Shown here in pieces: positions 38,327 through 52,633 of a DNA stretch of 64,000 nucleotides (positions are counted from its first letter, which is position 1; each line of letters opens with the position of its first letter). The notes below the pieces were generated by a model. That model did no database searches. It was not told the origin of the DNA and saw nothing but the letters and a program-made list of their open reading frames with translations. The stretch lies in assembly GCA_951406725.2 (NCBI GenBank), contig OX597838.1, positions 11,098,001 through 11,162,000 on the forward strand. Reading direction: 5' to 3'. The position numbers were made by a program, and so were the translations under genes. Source of the stretch: Octopus vulgaris (lineage: Eukaryota).

Positions 38327-38729
38327 GGAGTGGCTATGTGGTAAGTAGCTTGCTTACCAACCACATGGTTCCGGGTTCAGTCCCACTGCGTGGCATCTTG
38401 GGCAAGTGTCTTCTGCTATAGCTTCGGGCCGACCAAAGCCTTGTGAGTGGATTTGGTAGACGGAAATTGAAAGAAGCCTGTCGTATATATGTATATATAT
38501 ATATATATATATATGCGTGTGTGTGTCTGTGTTTGTCCCCCTAGCATTGTTTGACAACCGATGCTGGTGCGTTTATGTTCCTGTTACTTAGTTGTTCGGC
38601 AAAAGAGACCGATAGAATAAGTACTGGGCTTACAAAAGAATAAGTGCCGGAGTCGAGTTGCTCGATTAAAGGCGGTGCTCCAGCATGGCCGCAGTCAAAT
38701 GACTGAAACAAGTAAAAGAGAGTAAAAGA

Positions 38730-38730
<1 letters not shown>
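38327..38730 (+). mobile_element. SINE family A, full length
   Basis: Matches the other copies. Confidence 0.9.
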
Positions 38731-38764
<34 letters not shown>

Positions 38765-39401
38765 TGGGCTTCTTTCAGTTTTCATCTAGCAAATTCATTC
38801 ACAAGAACTTGGTCGGCCTGAGGCTAGATGCTCAAGGAGTCATGCAGTGGGACTGCCCATACAGCCACGAAAACTTGGTGTAAACTTTATTATTATTATT
38901 ATTAAAGGTGGCAAGCTAGCAGAATCGTTAGCATGGGGGGGGGGGGCAAAATGCTTAGCAGCATTTCATCCATCTTTACATTCTGAGTTAAATTCTGCCA
39001 AGGTCAACTTTACCTTTCATCTTTTTAGGGTCGATGAAATAAGTACCAGTTGTGTACTGGAGTCAATGTTATCAAATAGCCCCCCTCCCCACCCCAAATT
39101 TCAGGTCTTGTACCTATAGTAGAAAAGATAATTATTATCATTATACCAGGCTCCCATGGCTTTTATGGGTTTTTCCACGAGTATCATTTCGAAGTGTCCG
39201 CCTCCCCCTATTGGGAATTTCAATTGTTATATTTTCGTTGTTATCTCTAGAATTTTTACACAGTTTTTTTTCAAACGGACAAAACCCTTTGTAACTTTCG
39301 TCCTGTGTTTTGTCCCTTTATGTTTTAATTAATTTTTGTCAGCCCTTGTGGCCAATAAGCGAATTAATTATTAATTATTATTATTATTATTATTATTATT
39401 A

Positions 39402-39779
39402 TGGAAGCACTCCATTGGTTACGACGATGAGGGTTCCGGTTGATCCGAATCAAAGGAACAGCCTGCTCGTGAAATTAACGTGTAAGTGGCTGAGCACTCC
39501 ACAGACACGTGCACCCTTAACGTAGTTCTCAGGGATATTCAGCGTGACACAGAGAGTGACAAGGCCGGCCCCTTGAAAATACAGGTACAACAGAAACAGG
39601 AAGTAAGAGTGGAGTGAGAGAAAGTTGAGGCGAAAGAGTACAACAGGGGCCGCCACCACCCCCTGCTGGAGCCTCATGGAGCTTTAGGTGTTTTTCGCTC
39701 AATAAACACACACAACGCCCGGTCTGGGAATCGAAACCGCGAGTCCGCTGCCCTAACCACTGGGCCATTGTGCCTCCAC
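39402..39779 (-). mobile_element. SINE family C inserted in a (TTA)n tract
   Basis: Matches 17752-18129; attattatt lies on both sides. Confidence 0.9.
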
Positions 39780-40878
39780 GATTATTATTATTATAGTGGT
39801 GTGTGGAACATAAATCAACATGAAAATTTGATCACTTTAAAACAGAAAGCTTGTATCATAGATACCAAGAAAGGTTTTGGGTGGGTTGGCATCAAAATGA
39901 TGACAACAGTTTACGTTACATATTGATTAATATTATCAATGTTTTCAATAAAGATTTTTCATAAACAGACATCAACCATTCAATTTAAAGTTTGAATTTT
40001 AAGATATTACAGTAACGTCGCTTGCTTTGTTTTGGATGTATTATTGTTTTCTGAAGCTGTGCAGACAAATATTTATTTTAAAATAATTAAGATATCTAAT
40101 TTAGAGTAAATTATTTGTACTTTGTGTTTACATTCGTTATTATTTCTTTATTCTCTGTGATTTATAAATTAATAGAATTTAATTAAGAAAATGTTTGGAA
40201 GACAAATCTCAGTTGAATGTCTTCATATACCCAAAAATATTAATAGACTAGTGTAAATTAATTTTAATTCTCCCATTAATCAATCATCCATTGAACTTTG
40301 TGTGTCTATTGATATTTGAAATAACAGACCCCTTACTTGAAAAACAGGTAAATGTTGGCAACAGGAAAGGCATCTGGGTGTAAAACAATTCCTCAATAAT
40401 GTATTCATCAATAATGTATTTACGGTGGCACGTAAAAAGCACCATCCGACCGTGGCCGTTTGCCAGACTTGTCTAGCACCTGTGCAGGTGGCACATCTTC
40501 CCAGACCCGTTGCACTGTCCAACCCATGCCAGCATGGAAAGCGGATGCTAAACAATGATGATGATGATGATGATGATCTAACCCACACAGGCATAGAAAA
40601 ACAGACAGAAAAATGAATAAAAATAGATGGAAACAAAACAGTTTGGATGTGGTTTGGTTGTGGGTGCCAGCCAACCCAGTGCCACGATAGTGTATGTACC
40701 ATCATTATCATCAAGTTGGGGGACTTACTTGAACCAATAAGTCATATTGATAGCCGAATGTCTTGTCAGAGCATGCCTTGGATACAGATCGTTACAGTAG
40801 TTTGCTAACTGCACTGGTTGGCTCTGACCATTGGCAGTTTATCGACTGTTCATCCACTTAGCATCAAGTGATATTCAC

Positions 40879-41280
40879 CGAGTGGCTGTGTGGTAAGTAG
40901 CTTGTTTACCAACCACATGGTTCTGGGTTCAGTCCCACTGCGTGGCACCTTGGGCAAGTGTCTTCTGCTATAGCCTCGGGCCGACCAAAGCCTTGTGAGT
41001 GGATTTGGTAGACGGAAACTGAAAGAAGCCTGTCGTATATATGTATATATATGTATATATGTGTATGAGTGTATGTTTGTGTTTGTCCCCCTAGCATTGC
41101 TTGACAACCGATGCTGGTGTGTTTATATCCCCGTCACTTAGCGGTTCAGCAAAAAGAGACCGATAGAATAAGTACTGGGCTTACAAAGAATAAGTCCCGG
41201 GGTCGAGTTGCTCGATTAAAGGCGGTGCTCCAGCATGGCCGCAGTCAAATGACTGAAACAAGTAAAAGAGTAAAAGAGTA
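40879..41280 (+). mobile_element. SINE family A, full length
   Basis: Matches the other copies. Confidence 0.9.
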
Positions 41281-41721
41281 ATGACTCGATGAATTCATCT
41301 GCCAAAATAGTTCACATCCACCATGTGGCATCCTAATTATTATATCAATGAAGGTGGTGAGCTGGCAGAATCATTAGCATGCTGGACGAAATGCTTAGCA
41401 GTAATTAAGCCGTGACGATCTTCTGAGTTCAAATTCTGCTGAGGTCAACTTTGCCTATCATCCTTTCGGGGTCAATAAGTTAAGAACCAGTGAAACTCTG
41501 GGATCAATGTAATCAACTAGTCCCCTCCCGACCAATTTCAGGCCTTGTGCCTTTAGTAGATTATTATTTCAATGTAACCTTAGCTTAGTTGGTTCCTAGA
41601 AGCTAGTCTTTGCCAAGGGACCCCACTCGTGATCAAAATCTGGGGCTGTCTTGTGATTTTGCCTTTCTCTCAGACGCCTGTTAGATAAGCATAAATTTCC
41701 ATTTCCTCCACAGTCATTTAA

Positions 41722-41942
41722 CCCTTTAGCATTTAAACCGGCCATATCCAGCCAAAAGTATTCTGCTTGTTTTATGTTCAAACTGGCCATATCTGGTCTC
41801 TCACACCAACCCTACAATATCGTTTTAAAAATTAACAGTTACCTGATCAAAATCTCATAACTACAAGATAATGCATGATTAGTTCAAAGCAATGTGGATA
41901 AAAAAGGATTAATTTTGGCAGAATAATGTGAACACTAAAGGG
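41722..41942. mobile_element. piggyBac-type MITE (TTAA TSD, ccctttag/ctaaaggg ends)
   Basis: ttaa|ccctttag...ctaaaggg|ttaa. Relatives at ~21490-21860, 34557, 35218 and 53298-53510. Confidence 0.75.
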
Positions 41943-42320
41943 TTAAGACACTTGGTTATATTTAAGTGTAAAACAAGGAGAAAGATTTCATCAGAACATA
42001 ACAGCAGAAGCAAGGTACCACGGAAAGTAAAATACACACAAAATGGTAGATGACAGCTGGAACATTCAATAGGATTCCCCTGGCAAGTCTCTTGGTAGAA
42101 AGTATTATAAATGAGGCTACTTATGTATTGAAAAATAACAGATCAGTTTGTCTTGGTGTATGTAGACTGTGTTTCATTTTGACTTAAGCATGGTTGTGTG
42201 GTAGGAAATTTGCTTCTCAACCACATGGTTTGGGGGTTCAGTCCCACTGCACGGCAACTTGGGCAAGTGTCATCTTCAACAGTCTTGTGAGTGAATTTGG
42301 TAAACAGAAACTGAAAGAAG

Positions 42321-42536
42321 GCGAGTTGGCAGAAATGTTAGCACGCCGAGCGAAATTTCGTCTGTCTTTACATTCTGAGTTCAAATTCTGCCGAGGTCCA
42401 CTTTTGCCTTTCGTCCTTTCAGGGTCGATTAAATAAGTACCAGTTACACACCGGGGTTGATATAATCGACTTAATCTGTTTGTCTGTCCTTGTTTGTTCC
42501 TTCTGTGTGTAGCCCCTTGTGGGCAGTAAAGAAATA
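42321..42536 (+). mobile_element. SINE family B nested in an old SINE A
   Basis: TSD agaaactgaaagaag at 42306-42320 and 42537-42551. Confidence 0.9.
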
Positions 42537-43179
42537 AGAAACTGAAAGAAGCCCACTAAATATATATGTGTGTGTGAGTGTGTGTGTGTGCATGCTTTAC
42601 TGTCTCCTTGCCTTGACATTGCATATTTATGAGTGCCACCATAATTTAAACAGTGTCCTTGGTATCCAATCTTCCATGAAAAACAGGTCTGGGCATGGAG
42701 AAATATGACCTTATTTGGAAAAGGCAAGGGTTAGCAACAGGAAGGGCAACAAGCTACGGAAAATCTGCCTCAACAAATTCCATCCAACCCCTATGAATGC
42801 ACAGAAAAGTGGATGTTAAAAGGAAGATGATGATTGTGAATAATTAACTATTCTAATGAAGTGCACTCTAAGCTTTAATACTGAAATAAATATGTGGTGG
42901 TCGGTTTAGATAACATGTAATATATTCATAGCATTAATATTATTTTCTTTCAAAACAGCAGATCCTTAATTAATGAGTGCTGATAGGGAAAACTGATACT
43001 GTTTTTGAAATCAGCATCTTCAATATCCCTGAGAATAAGTTGAACTTCTAAAGCACAAAAATGTGTGTTGGCTAGTGTTGTCTCCTTTTTTTTTCTTTTT
43101 AATTCTGTGATATTGCACATATTTATTACTTAATACTGGGATTAGATGGACAGCCATGAATCAACTGGCAGGTCACTAT

Positions 43180-43790
43180 GATGCAGATGACATAGGACTG
43201 CTATTACATTAACCATTAGGAGAGGCAGTCCATGGTCATGAAGTTACCTAAGAGGCAATGAAAACACACCTCTGAGTGAACCAGAACAAAATGGAAGTTT
43301 TGAGGCCGAACACCTGTGAGCAGGAACCAATTCAAATTGGCACCGAAGCTCTTCCAGAGATCAAAAAGTTTGTGTATCTAGGCAGCATTATCTCGAAGAG
43401 AGGAGGATGTGAGATTCAGATTTGGCAACGCCTGGTATGCTTTCAACAGTCTTCGACCAGTCTGGAACCCCAAAGCCATCTCACTCAAAACAAAACTCCA
43501 CATCTTCAATTCCAGTATCAAGGCCATTCTTCTTTACAGGTCAGAAACTTGGCTGGTCACCAAAGCCATTAAGAATAAGCTACAGACCTTCGTCAACAAA
43601 TGTCCGCAGTACATCCTCAAGATCTGTCGGCTGGATAAAATTTCAAACAGAAGTCTGTGGGACTGAGCAAACCAAGCTCCCATCAAGAAATTCTTAAAAC
43701 GAAATGGGGCTGGATCAGTCACACTTGAAAGAGACTGCCAAGCAGCGTAGCAAGACAAGTTAGACTGATAACCTGAAGGAAAGATGGCTT
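43180..43790 (+). mobile_element. Decayed RTE-clade LINE reverse transcriptase fragment
   Basis: Reads DADDIGLL..VNQNKMEV..KKFVYLGSII/AFNSLRPVWNPKAISLKTKLHIFNSSIKAILLYRSETW..KLQTFVNKC..KISN, with frameshifts and stops. Confidence 0.9.
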
Positions 43791-45332
43791 AAGAAGGCTT
43801 GGAAAAGATGTGTGGGGAATGAAGAAAACAAAAACAGTCTCTGTTGGTCTAAAATCAAGGAGGTGGCCCAAGATCACAAATGAAGATAATCAATTCAGCC
43901 TCCCAAGACAGATTTTGAAAGAAATGAATAGATTATTGAACTAGTAACAGTATTTAATTACATTCCTTTACTATGTGAACATAAATACTGGCTTCTTTCC
44001 TTCTTCCTGCCCTGGTCGATTCAATCCATATTATCAACCCTTCAAATTGGTAAAGTTTTTCTCAGCAGGGATCTTGCGCAATGTAAGAAATTACTTTCAT
44101 GTCTTTATTTTTATGTTAGAGATTGATTTCAAGGAAGCTAGTGGTTCCTGGTATTTGTTTCTTTGATGCAGGCATTTGCTGATTCGCTGACATATGAAAA
44201 ATTCTTCCAGATGAAGATTGAAGAAAAAAGGAAAAGGTTAAAAGAGATGTGATCGAAAACTTAGGTCAATAAACTGAACTAGATTTTTAAAATTGAGGAA
44301 CCAAATTCATTGTTAGAATCAAATGAAAAGGACTGACTAAACAGCAATGTTCTGATAGCATGGGAAATGATATCATGTGTGTGTGTGTCTGTGTGTGTGC
44401 ATGCATGTACACACAGATCTTTTGCATCTGTTCTTCTGTACTGGCATATGTTGGATGGGGACTTATTTTGAGGCAGTATTTTACAACAGTGATGACACAT
44501 GGCTAAGTTGTTACAGTATTAAGCTCATGATCGTAAGGTCATGAGTTCAATACCTGGCAGAGCGTTGTGTATTTGAGCAAGACACTTTATTTCATGTTGC
44601 CCCTGTCCACCCAGCTGACAAGAATGAGTTATACTTGTAATTCGAAGGGGCCAACCTTGTCACACTCTTGTCATGCCGAATCTCCCCGAGAACTATCTTA
44701 AGGGTACACGTGTCTGTGGAGTGCTCAGTCACTGGCACGTTAATTCCACAGGTAGGTTCTTCCACTGATCAGACCAAGTGGAACCCTTACCATAACCAAC
44801 AGTGCCAGAAATTTGACAACCAGATGCTCTTCCCTACGCTAACATTTACCAGTGCTGCAAATACGCTTTTTTTGCACACACACACACACACACACGTCTT
44901 AGTGTATGTGTTTGTCCTCCACCGCTTAATAACGGGTGTTGGTATATTTATGTCCCTATAACTTAGTGGTTTGGCAAGAGTGATCAACAGAATAAGCACT
45001 GGGGTTGATTTATTTGACTAAAATTTTTGAAGGTGCCGTACCAGAATGGCTGCAGTCTAATGACTAAAACAAGTAAAACATAAAAGATATGTTGTTTCAC
45101 CAGAAGTGATAAATTACAGGACTCAATACTTAAGAGTCAAGTATTCTTTTTTTGTTAATACATTATAACTGAAAGACTCCTAATTCTAGTACTCTGAGTC
45201 ACATGTTTTTGATCACTGGTAATCCAAGCCTGTTTTTTTCCCTTGAAATTTTGAAATATTTTGCTGTCTGAATATATTTTCAAAATATTATTTGAAAGTT
45301 ATGGCGAAAACACTTTATATATACGCACACAC

Positions 45333-45772
<440 letters not shown>

Positions 45773-45902
45773 CACACAAAGTGTTATTGTAAGAATTTAT
45801 AAGTATTGATGTGATTTTACATTAAACTCTATATTCAGTATATTCTTGAAGTTAAATAGTTTTGAAAAAATATTTTTTTTCCCCCTTTAAGTAGTAGAAA
45901 GG

Positions 45903-45954
<52 letters not shown>

Positions 45955-46751
45955 TCAGCCAAATTAGATCAAGAGGCAGACAGAAGCAAAAACACGATAC
46001 TAAACTTTACATTTTCCAATTTAAATATACAAACTAGAAATATGTGACAAAAAATAAGGGAGGAAACAAATAAAAACCTAAAATAGAATGACAAAAATAA
46101 TTTTTAAAAATTTTAGATAAATTATAAATCACAAAAATCTTATTATCTAATGGTTTCATAACATATATTGTGTTAACACAAGTTGAAAGAATTTTTATTT
46201 AAAAAAATTTTTTTGTATTATATTACGTAACGGTGAAAGGCTTCGAATGCAGTGAATATACTACTGCTTAATATTAATTTATTGTGACTAGGTACAGGCT
46301 AATATTTATTGGAGAAAGGTATAGTTAATTCAATCAAGAAAGATTGTGATGTCGGAAGTGACAGCAAGCACACTAAATTTGCAACCACCTCAAAGCTAAC
46401 GACAGCATTTTCAAAAAAAATTTCACACTGGAAAGAAATCCAGTAGCAACATGTTATATTGCTTCTAAAATCTTGAAAATGCTTTACTTAAGAAAATTTG
46501 CCTCCCACCTTTGTTTTTCTTTTTTTTTTTACCTTAAAACTACATATTGTATTTAACAGCCAATAAAACGGTGATTGATATGCTGTATCTTTAATTTTGT
46601 ATTAACTCTAACATCTTTATTTATATTATAAATCCATTTAAGAGAACTTCTGAGACTGAAAAATTCATCTTAAATCTGCCAAAAGTTGCCAAAAGTGTCA
46701 GAATAAAAATGAACATAAAATAAAAATTTTACAAAAGACCCACATTGCAGT

Positions 46752-47171
46752 GGCGCAGGAGCGGCTGTGTGGTAAGTAGCTTGCTAACCAACCACATGGT
46801 TGCGGGTTCAGTCCCACTGCGTGGCATCTTGGGCAAGGGTCTTCTGCTATAGCCCCAGACCGACCAAAGCCTTGTGAGTGGATTTGGTAGACGGAAACTG
46901 AAAGAAGCCTGTTGTATATATGTATATATATATATATGTGTGTGTTTGTGTGTGTGTATATGTTTGTGTGTCTGTGTTTGTCCCCCCAACAACCGATACT
47001 GGTGTGTTTACGTCCCCGTCACTTAGCGGTTCGGCAAAAAAGACCGATAGAATAAGTACTGGGCTTACAAAGAATAAGTCCCGGGGTCGATTTGATCGAC
47101 TAAAGGCGGTGCTCCAGCATGCCGCAGTCAAATGACTGAAACAAGTAAAAGAGTAAAAGAGAGTAAAGAGT
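46752..47171 (+). mobile_element. SINE family A with TSD attgcagt inside a local tandem duplication
   Basis: attgcagt at 46744-46751 and 47172-47179. Confidence 0.9.
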
Positions 47172-47759
47172 ATTGCAGTATTTCTCCAGTCATTTACGCT
47201 TTGAGTTCAAATTCCACTAAGGCCAACTTTTAGCATTCATTCCTTTAGGATCGATAAAATAAAGCATGAGTCAATAACGTTTCCTTAAAACTACACTTTG
47301 TGCATTTAACAGTCAATAAAACAGTGTTTAATATAATGTATCGCTAATTTGGAATTTACTCCAACACTTTTATTCTACATTATAAATCCATTTAATAGAG
47401 CTTCTGAGACTGAAAAAAAATTCATCTTAGATCTTCAAAGTTGCCGAAAGTGTCAGAAAAAGATGAATACAAAACAATTTGAAAAAAAAAAGAGCCAAAC
47501 TGCAGTATATATTGAGTTTCTGAGACTAAAAAAAAAATTCATGATAAGAACATCTTAAATCTCCAAAATTGCCAAAAATGTCAGAATGGCACCTGAGCAC
47601 TGTACACAAGTTCATTATATATTATAAATATGAAAAATATGTTTTAAAAGACCTGCATAGTAGTATTTCTCCAGCTGTTTACATTCTGAGTTCAAATTCC
47701 ACCAAGGCCAACTTTTAGCATTCAATCCTTTAGGGCCAATAAAATAAATGTTAAGACAG

Positions 47760-48275
47760 CTAAAATGCCACTAAGCATTTTGCCTGATGTGTTAATGATT
47801 CTGCCTTCTTGCCACCTTGATGATATCTAAACATTGATTTCAAATTTTGGGACAAGGCTAGCAATTACAGGGGATGGTGTAATTCAATTATGTTAACCCC
47901 AGTACTCAACTTATTTTATCAGCCCTGAAAGGATGAAAAGCAAGGTTAGCCCCAGTGGAATTTGAATTCAGAACATAAAGATGGACGAAATGTCATGAAC
48001 CATTTTGCCCAGCATGTTAATGATCCTACCAGCTTACACCTTGATGATGTCTGAATACTGGTTTCAAACTTTAGCACAAGGTCAGCAATTTCGTGGGAGG
48101 GGGTAAGTCAATTGCATCAACACCAGTGCTTGGCTGGTACTTATTTTATCGACCCCAAAAGGATGAAAGGCAAAGTCAGCCATGGCAAAATTTGAACTCA
48201 GAACATAAAGATGGGCAAAATGTCAAGAAGCATTTTGCCCAGCATGCTAACAATTCTGCCGACTCGTCACCTTGA
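47760..48275 (-). repeat. Tandem array of degenerate SINE B-like units (~230-bp period)
   Basis: Repeated caccttgatgat.tct junctions with the family B core. Confidence 0.75.
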
Positions 48276-48799
48276 TGATGTCCAAAAATTAATATAAAAT
48301 TGCACTAGAGTCGAACATTTTCAAATATAAGTGATAACTGCTGCAAACCAAAGACAGAAGACTTGAGTAAATATAGATGTAGACGCCCACTTGACTTCTT
48401 CAGTAGAAGAATTCTACAAAGAATTCTTATTAACACAAAGAAACAAGCAAGAAGCTGCTTACACAACAAACACACACAGACATTCCTTCTCTCTCTCTCT
48501 CTCTTTTACATGTACACCTGCCCACCACACATGAATACCTGAGGATTTTTGGAATGGAATAATACACATTAATTGGATTATCCTTACAAGGAAACGTCAT
48601 AAAGGCTGTCTTGTCACTTGTCTAATATGAAAGCAATGCAAAGTGATAATTTCGTAAAAATCTTCGAGGAGAGGGGCTGAGAGTAAAGTAGGGAGAGCTT
48701 TGCTTGACTAACAATGGAGGATGAGACTGTCGTGAGACTAATGGGAGAAAGAGGGGAGAAGTATACAGGAAGCAAAATTTCCGACATTAAAATATTAAT

Positions 48800-49310
48800 A
48801 AGGAAGAGGAAGGTGGGGTGAAGAGGGAGGGAAAATAATTAAAAGAGGAGGGGGAGGAGGGAAAAGAAGAGCAGGAAGAATAAGAGGAGAAAAACCAAGA
48901 AGAGGAGGAAGAAGAAAGAAGAGGAAGGAGGAGAAAGAGGAAGGAGAAGAAGAGAAGACCAAGAAGAGGAGGAAGAAGAAAGAAGAGGAGGAAGAAGAAA
49001 GAAGAGGAAGGAAGAGAAAGAAGAGCAAGAAGAACAAGTGGAGGAGGAAGAGGAGGAGAAAGAGGAAGGAGAAGAGAAGACCAAGAGGAGGAGGAAGAAG
49101 AGGAAGGAGAAAGAGGAAGAAGAGAAGAAGACTAAGAAGAGGAGGAAGAAGAAAGAAGAGGAAGGAAGAGAAAGAAGAGCAAGAAGAACAAGTGGAGGAG
49201 GAAGAGGAGGAGAAAGAGGAAGGAGAAGAAGAGAAGAAAGACCAAGAAGAGGAGGAGGAAGAAGAGGAAGGAGGAGAGGCAAAGAGCAGGAAGAAGAGGA
49301 AGAACAACAA
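48800..49310. repeat. GAA/GAG polypurine tract with an internal duplication
   Basis: gaagagcaagaagaacaagtggaggaggaagagg occurs twice. Confidence 0.9.
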
Positions 49311-50637
49311 CAAGGTGGCGGTGATGTTGGCAACATGATGTTATTAATGATAACGATGATTATGATAATGAAAATAATGATGACACTTCAAGATAACGAT
49401 GACAGCAAGATATGAAATAGCTTTCAAGTAATTTCTTCTTTTTTTGTTGTTGGTTTTTTTGTGTGGTTTTTTTTGTGTGGTTTTTTTTTTGTGTACATAT
49501 TCACAAAGAAACGAGACAGCTACCTACGTTGCTATTTTATTTACATTTCTTTTTTTCCCCTTCCATAGAATTATACAAAGAAAATATCTTTTGTCTGTAT
49601 CCTTGCTCATCTGTGAGTGCATGTGTAAGTTTGTCTCTGTGTGTGTATGTGTGTGTGTGTGTTCTTGTGTACATACGTGTGTTTGTACAAGCACCTAGTA
49701 ATGCGTGTGAGTAAAATGTTTGCCTGTAAATTTATTCTTGCATGTGCATGATAGGACGAGCAAGTTGTGTGTTAAAAGAAAAACCCATTATATTGAAAAA
49801 TAAAAAAAAATATTGGTACCATGGAGGCCGGCCGGTCTGCCTGTCACTGTATTTATGAATGATAAATTCTTGTACAAATACGTCATGTTTCAGGATAATT
49901 AGTTGCCAAGCAAATGAGAAAATGAAGCAAGAAAATTAAATTTTAAAATGCTTGTATATATATATATATATATATATAAAGTTAATCCAAACAAGAAAAC
50001 ACAAAAAACACACAACAACGCGAGGACATGGAACAAATATAGTATTATTGGACACTCAGGAAAGAAGGAAAGAAGGAGGGTTTAACGTTTCGAGTGGAGC
50101 TCTTCGTCGGAAACATAAGAGAAGGAAAGATCCAGAGAAGAGAAGACAGGAAATACACAGACACACACACACAGACACACACACACACACATATATATAC
50201 ACACACACACATATATATATATACACACACGCATGTATAAACATATATAAACACACACATATACATAAGGATTAATCTTTAAAATCTCAGAAAACTATAA
50301 ACTGAAGTCCTTATCCTTCTTCACCACCATCTTCAAGAATGGTAGTAATATCACCCTCATATTTCTCTCTTTCCCTCTCTCTCCTCTTCTCTGAACTAAC
50401 TTCACAACATCCCACGTTACACAAAGTAAACTTTATAATAATCAACATTGAGGTCTCTGATCAAATATTTTAGCACCAGCACAGATTACAAAAGATGTCA
50501 ACCATGCTATTTACCTGGTTGCGAAGGTGGGTGGCATGGCGACTCTGATATATATATATGCGTATAAGAAGGGATGACCCCTAAGTGGACATCCAATATG
50601 CTAGAAATAGATCACCTACGATCTAACCACAAAGGAA

Positions 50638-50673
<36 letters not shown>

Positions 50674-50850
50674 AGAGTTCACGAAAAAAACAAAAGACGA
50701 AGACAGGTGGTGTAGAAAACAAACAGATGTGTTAGTATAATGCTCAGGAATTGAAAAAGTCTTTTATGTTTTGAGCCTACGCTCTTCTACAGAAAGGGAT
50801 ACAGAAAAAAACAAGAAGAGAAAAAAATGTGTAGTGGCTACCGATCTATC

Positions 50851-50899
<49 letters not shown>

Positions 50900-51165
50900 C
50901 CAGGAAGCTGAACCTTTCAGGTGAGATGACAGAGATGACAAAAGACCAAGATACCTAGTTCCTGGCCATACTCAAGAAGACCTTTAACCAACAGCAGAAG
51001 TGTTAAGACCAATTCTTTTGATTGTGTAAAGTACTCATGGTGGTGCCACGTAAAAGTGCCTGTGCAATGCATCCAGCACACTCTGTAAATTGGTTGGCAT
51101 TAGGAAGGATATCCAACTGTAGAAACCACGCCACGTGGAGAAATGATAGGCAAGGAAAAATTTCT

Positions 51166-51433
51166 AAAAGGCGGAATGCTAAATTGAAGGTAAATTTTAA
51201 TGAAAATGGGTGTATGGAAAATTAAAAAAAATTTTTTGAACAAAATATTAACTCTAACCGGTTTTCGTCGCAAAAAAAAAATTTTCTTTTCACCTTACAA
51301 TTCTTGAAAAGTCGCATTGCCACGAAAACCGGTTAGAGTTAATATTAAAAAAAAAATTTTTTTTTAATTTTTAAAATTTTCCATACACCCATTTTCATTA
51401 AAATTTACCTTCAATTTAGTGTGCTGCCTTTTT
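51166..51433. repeat. Fold-back element, ~105-bp arms around a ~45-bp spacer
   Basis: ctaaattgaaggtaaattttaatgaaaatgggtgtatggaaaatt versus aattttccatacacccattttcattaaaatttaccttcaatttag. Confidence 0.9.
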
Positions 51434-51439
51434 ATAATT

Positions 51440-51483
<44 letters not shown>

Positions 51484-52448
51484 TATTACTCAATGTATAT
51501 GTTTTCTTTGTTTGTACATACTCAATGTGTATGTTTTCTTTGTTTGCCAGTACACTGCTGTTTAGCATGGTGGGAATGACTCACACAAAGTATTGGGTGT
51601 TAAAACAACTGTAGGTCATAGACAAGCAATGTTCTATGAAGAGAACGTAAGATTGCTGCACAATTCAACATGAATGTGAAATGACATTAAACATCGTATA
51701 AGGTAAATGAAGGTTTCTGTAGGAACACTAAAAGTCATATTCACTTAGTGGGTTTACATGCGCAAGGATGAATTATGGTGTTATCATTGTCAATGCTAGA
51801 TGCAGTAAGAACTGATAGCAGCAATATCAGCGGTGAGGAATTTCATATGAAAAAAGTGAGCAAATAGCTTCTAGTGCAAACACATGCTAGACTCCCTAAG
51901 CAGAGAAAAACTGATCTATTTAAGGGAATTTGCTAGGCTCCATTACAATAGGTAGAAACTCCAAGCAATGCAAAATATGGCCTGGACTGTGATTACCAGT
52001 ATGAATGTCAAACTTCAAAAAGCAGTTAACCATTTAATGATTTTAGTAAATTTATACAGAAAAAGTAAGCATTATACTGTCTAGCATAAATAAAAGTCAA
52101 CTTCATTATGTTTTTTTCTGTAAAAACCTATTCTGACATTAAATGCGTCAACTTCATTTTTCAGCAAAAACAATTTCTAAAAAATTCTGGAAACAATCTA
52201 TTCATGTAAAGTTTATTATAATTTTTATGATAAAAAGTGTGTAAATTACATGGGTTTTTTACAGTACTTCAGATACCAAATACTACAAAATTTACATTTA
52301 AATGAAGTCTTTATATATAGTTAGTAACTAGGAGTTCAAGAGATAGTCGGAGGGGAGAATAAAGAATAAAACTAGTAACATAGAGAAAGAGAGAGAGACG
52401 GTTAGAAATTGATGTAATAAGTCTACACACACACACACACACACACAC

Positions 52449-52566
52449 AGAAGGTTGGTTGTTATGACTGGTCAGAGAGTGACTGTTGGTTTCACATCTA
52501 TAAAGCACTAAGCTGTAGGTGAGAACCAATGGTCACTCTCTGACCAGCCACAACAAATAACCTTCT
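52449..52566. repeat. ~120-bp imperfect hairpin, probably the centre of a MITE
   Basis: ctggtcagagagtgac pairs with gtcactctctgaccag; ~55-nt arms. Confidence 0.85.
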
Positions 52567-52633
52567 AAATATATTGTTGCTCTAATGTTTTAAAATGTGC
52601 CTCTTTTCAGATATATGAACTAGTAACCTATAT

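Noticed and set aside
43960-44200. Possible LINE endonuclease remnant on the minus strand
   Set aside because: Too degenerate; no diagnostic motif is intact.
48795-49415. E/K/R-rich and S/L/F-rich ORFs (also 37272-37913 and 59464-60177)
   Set aside because: Polypurine low-complexity tracts without splice signals.
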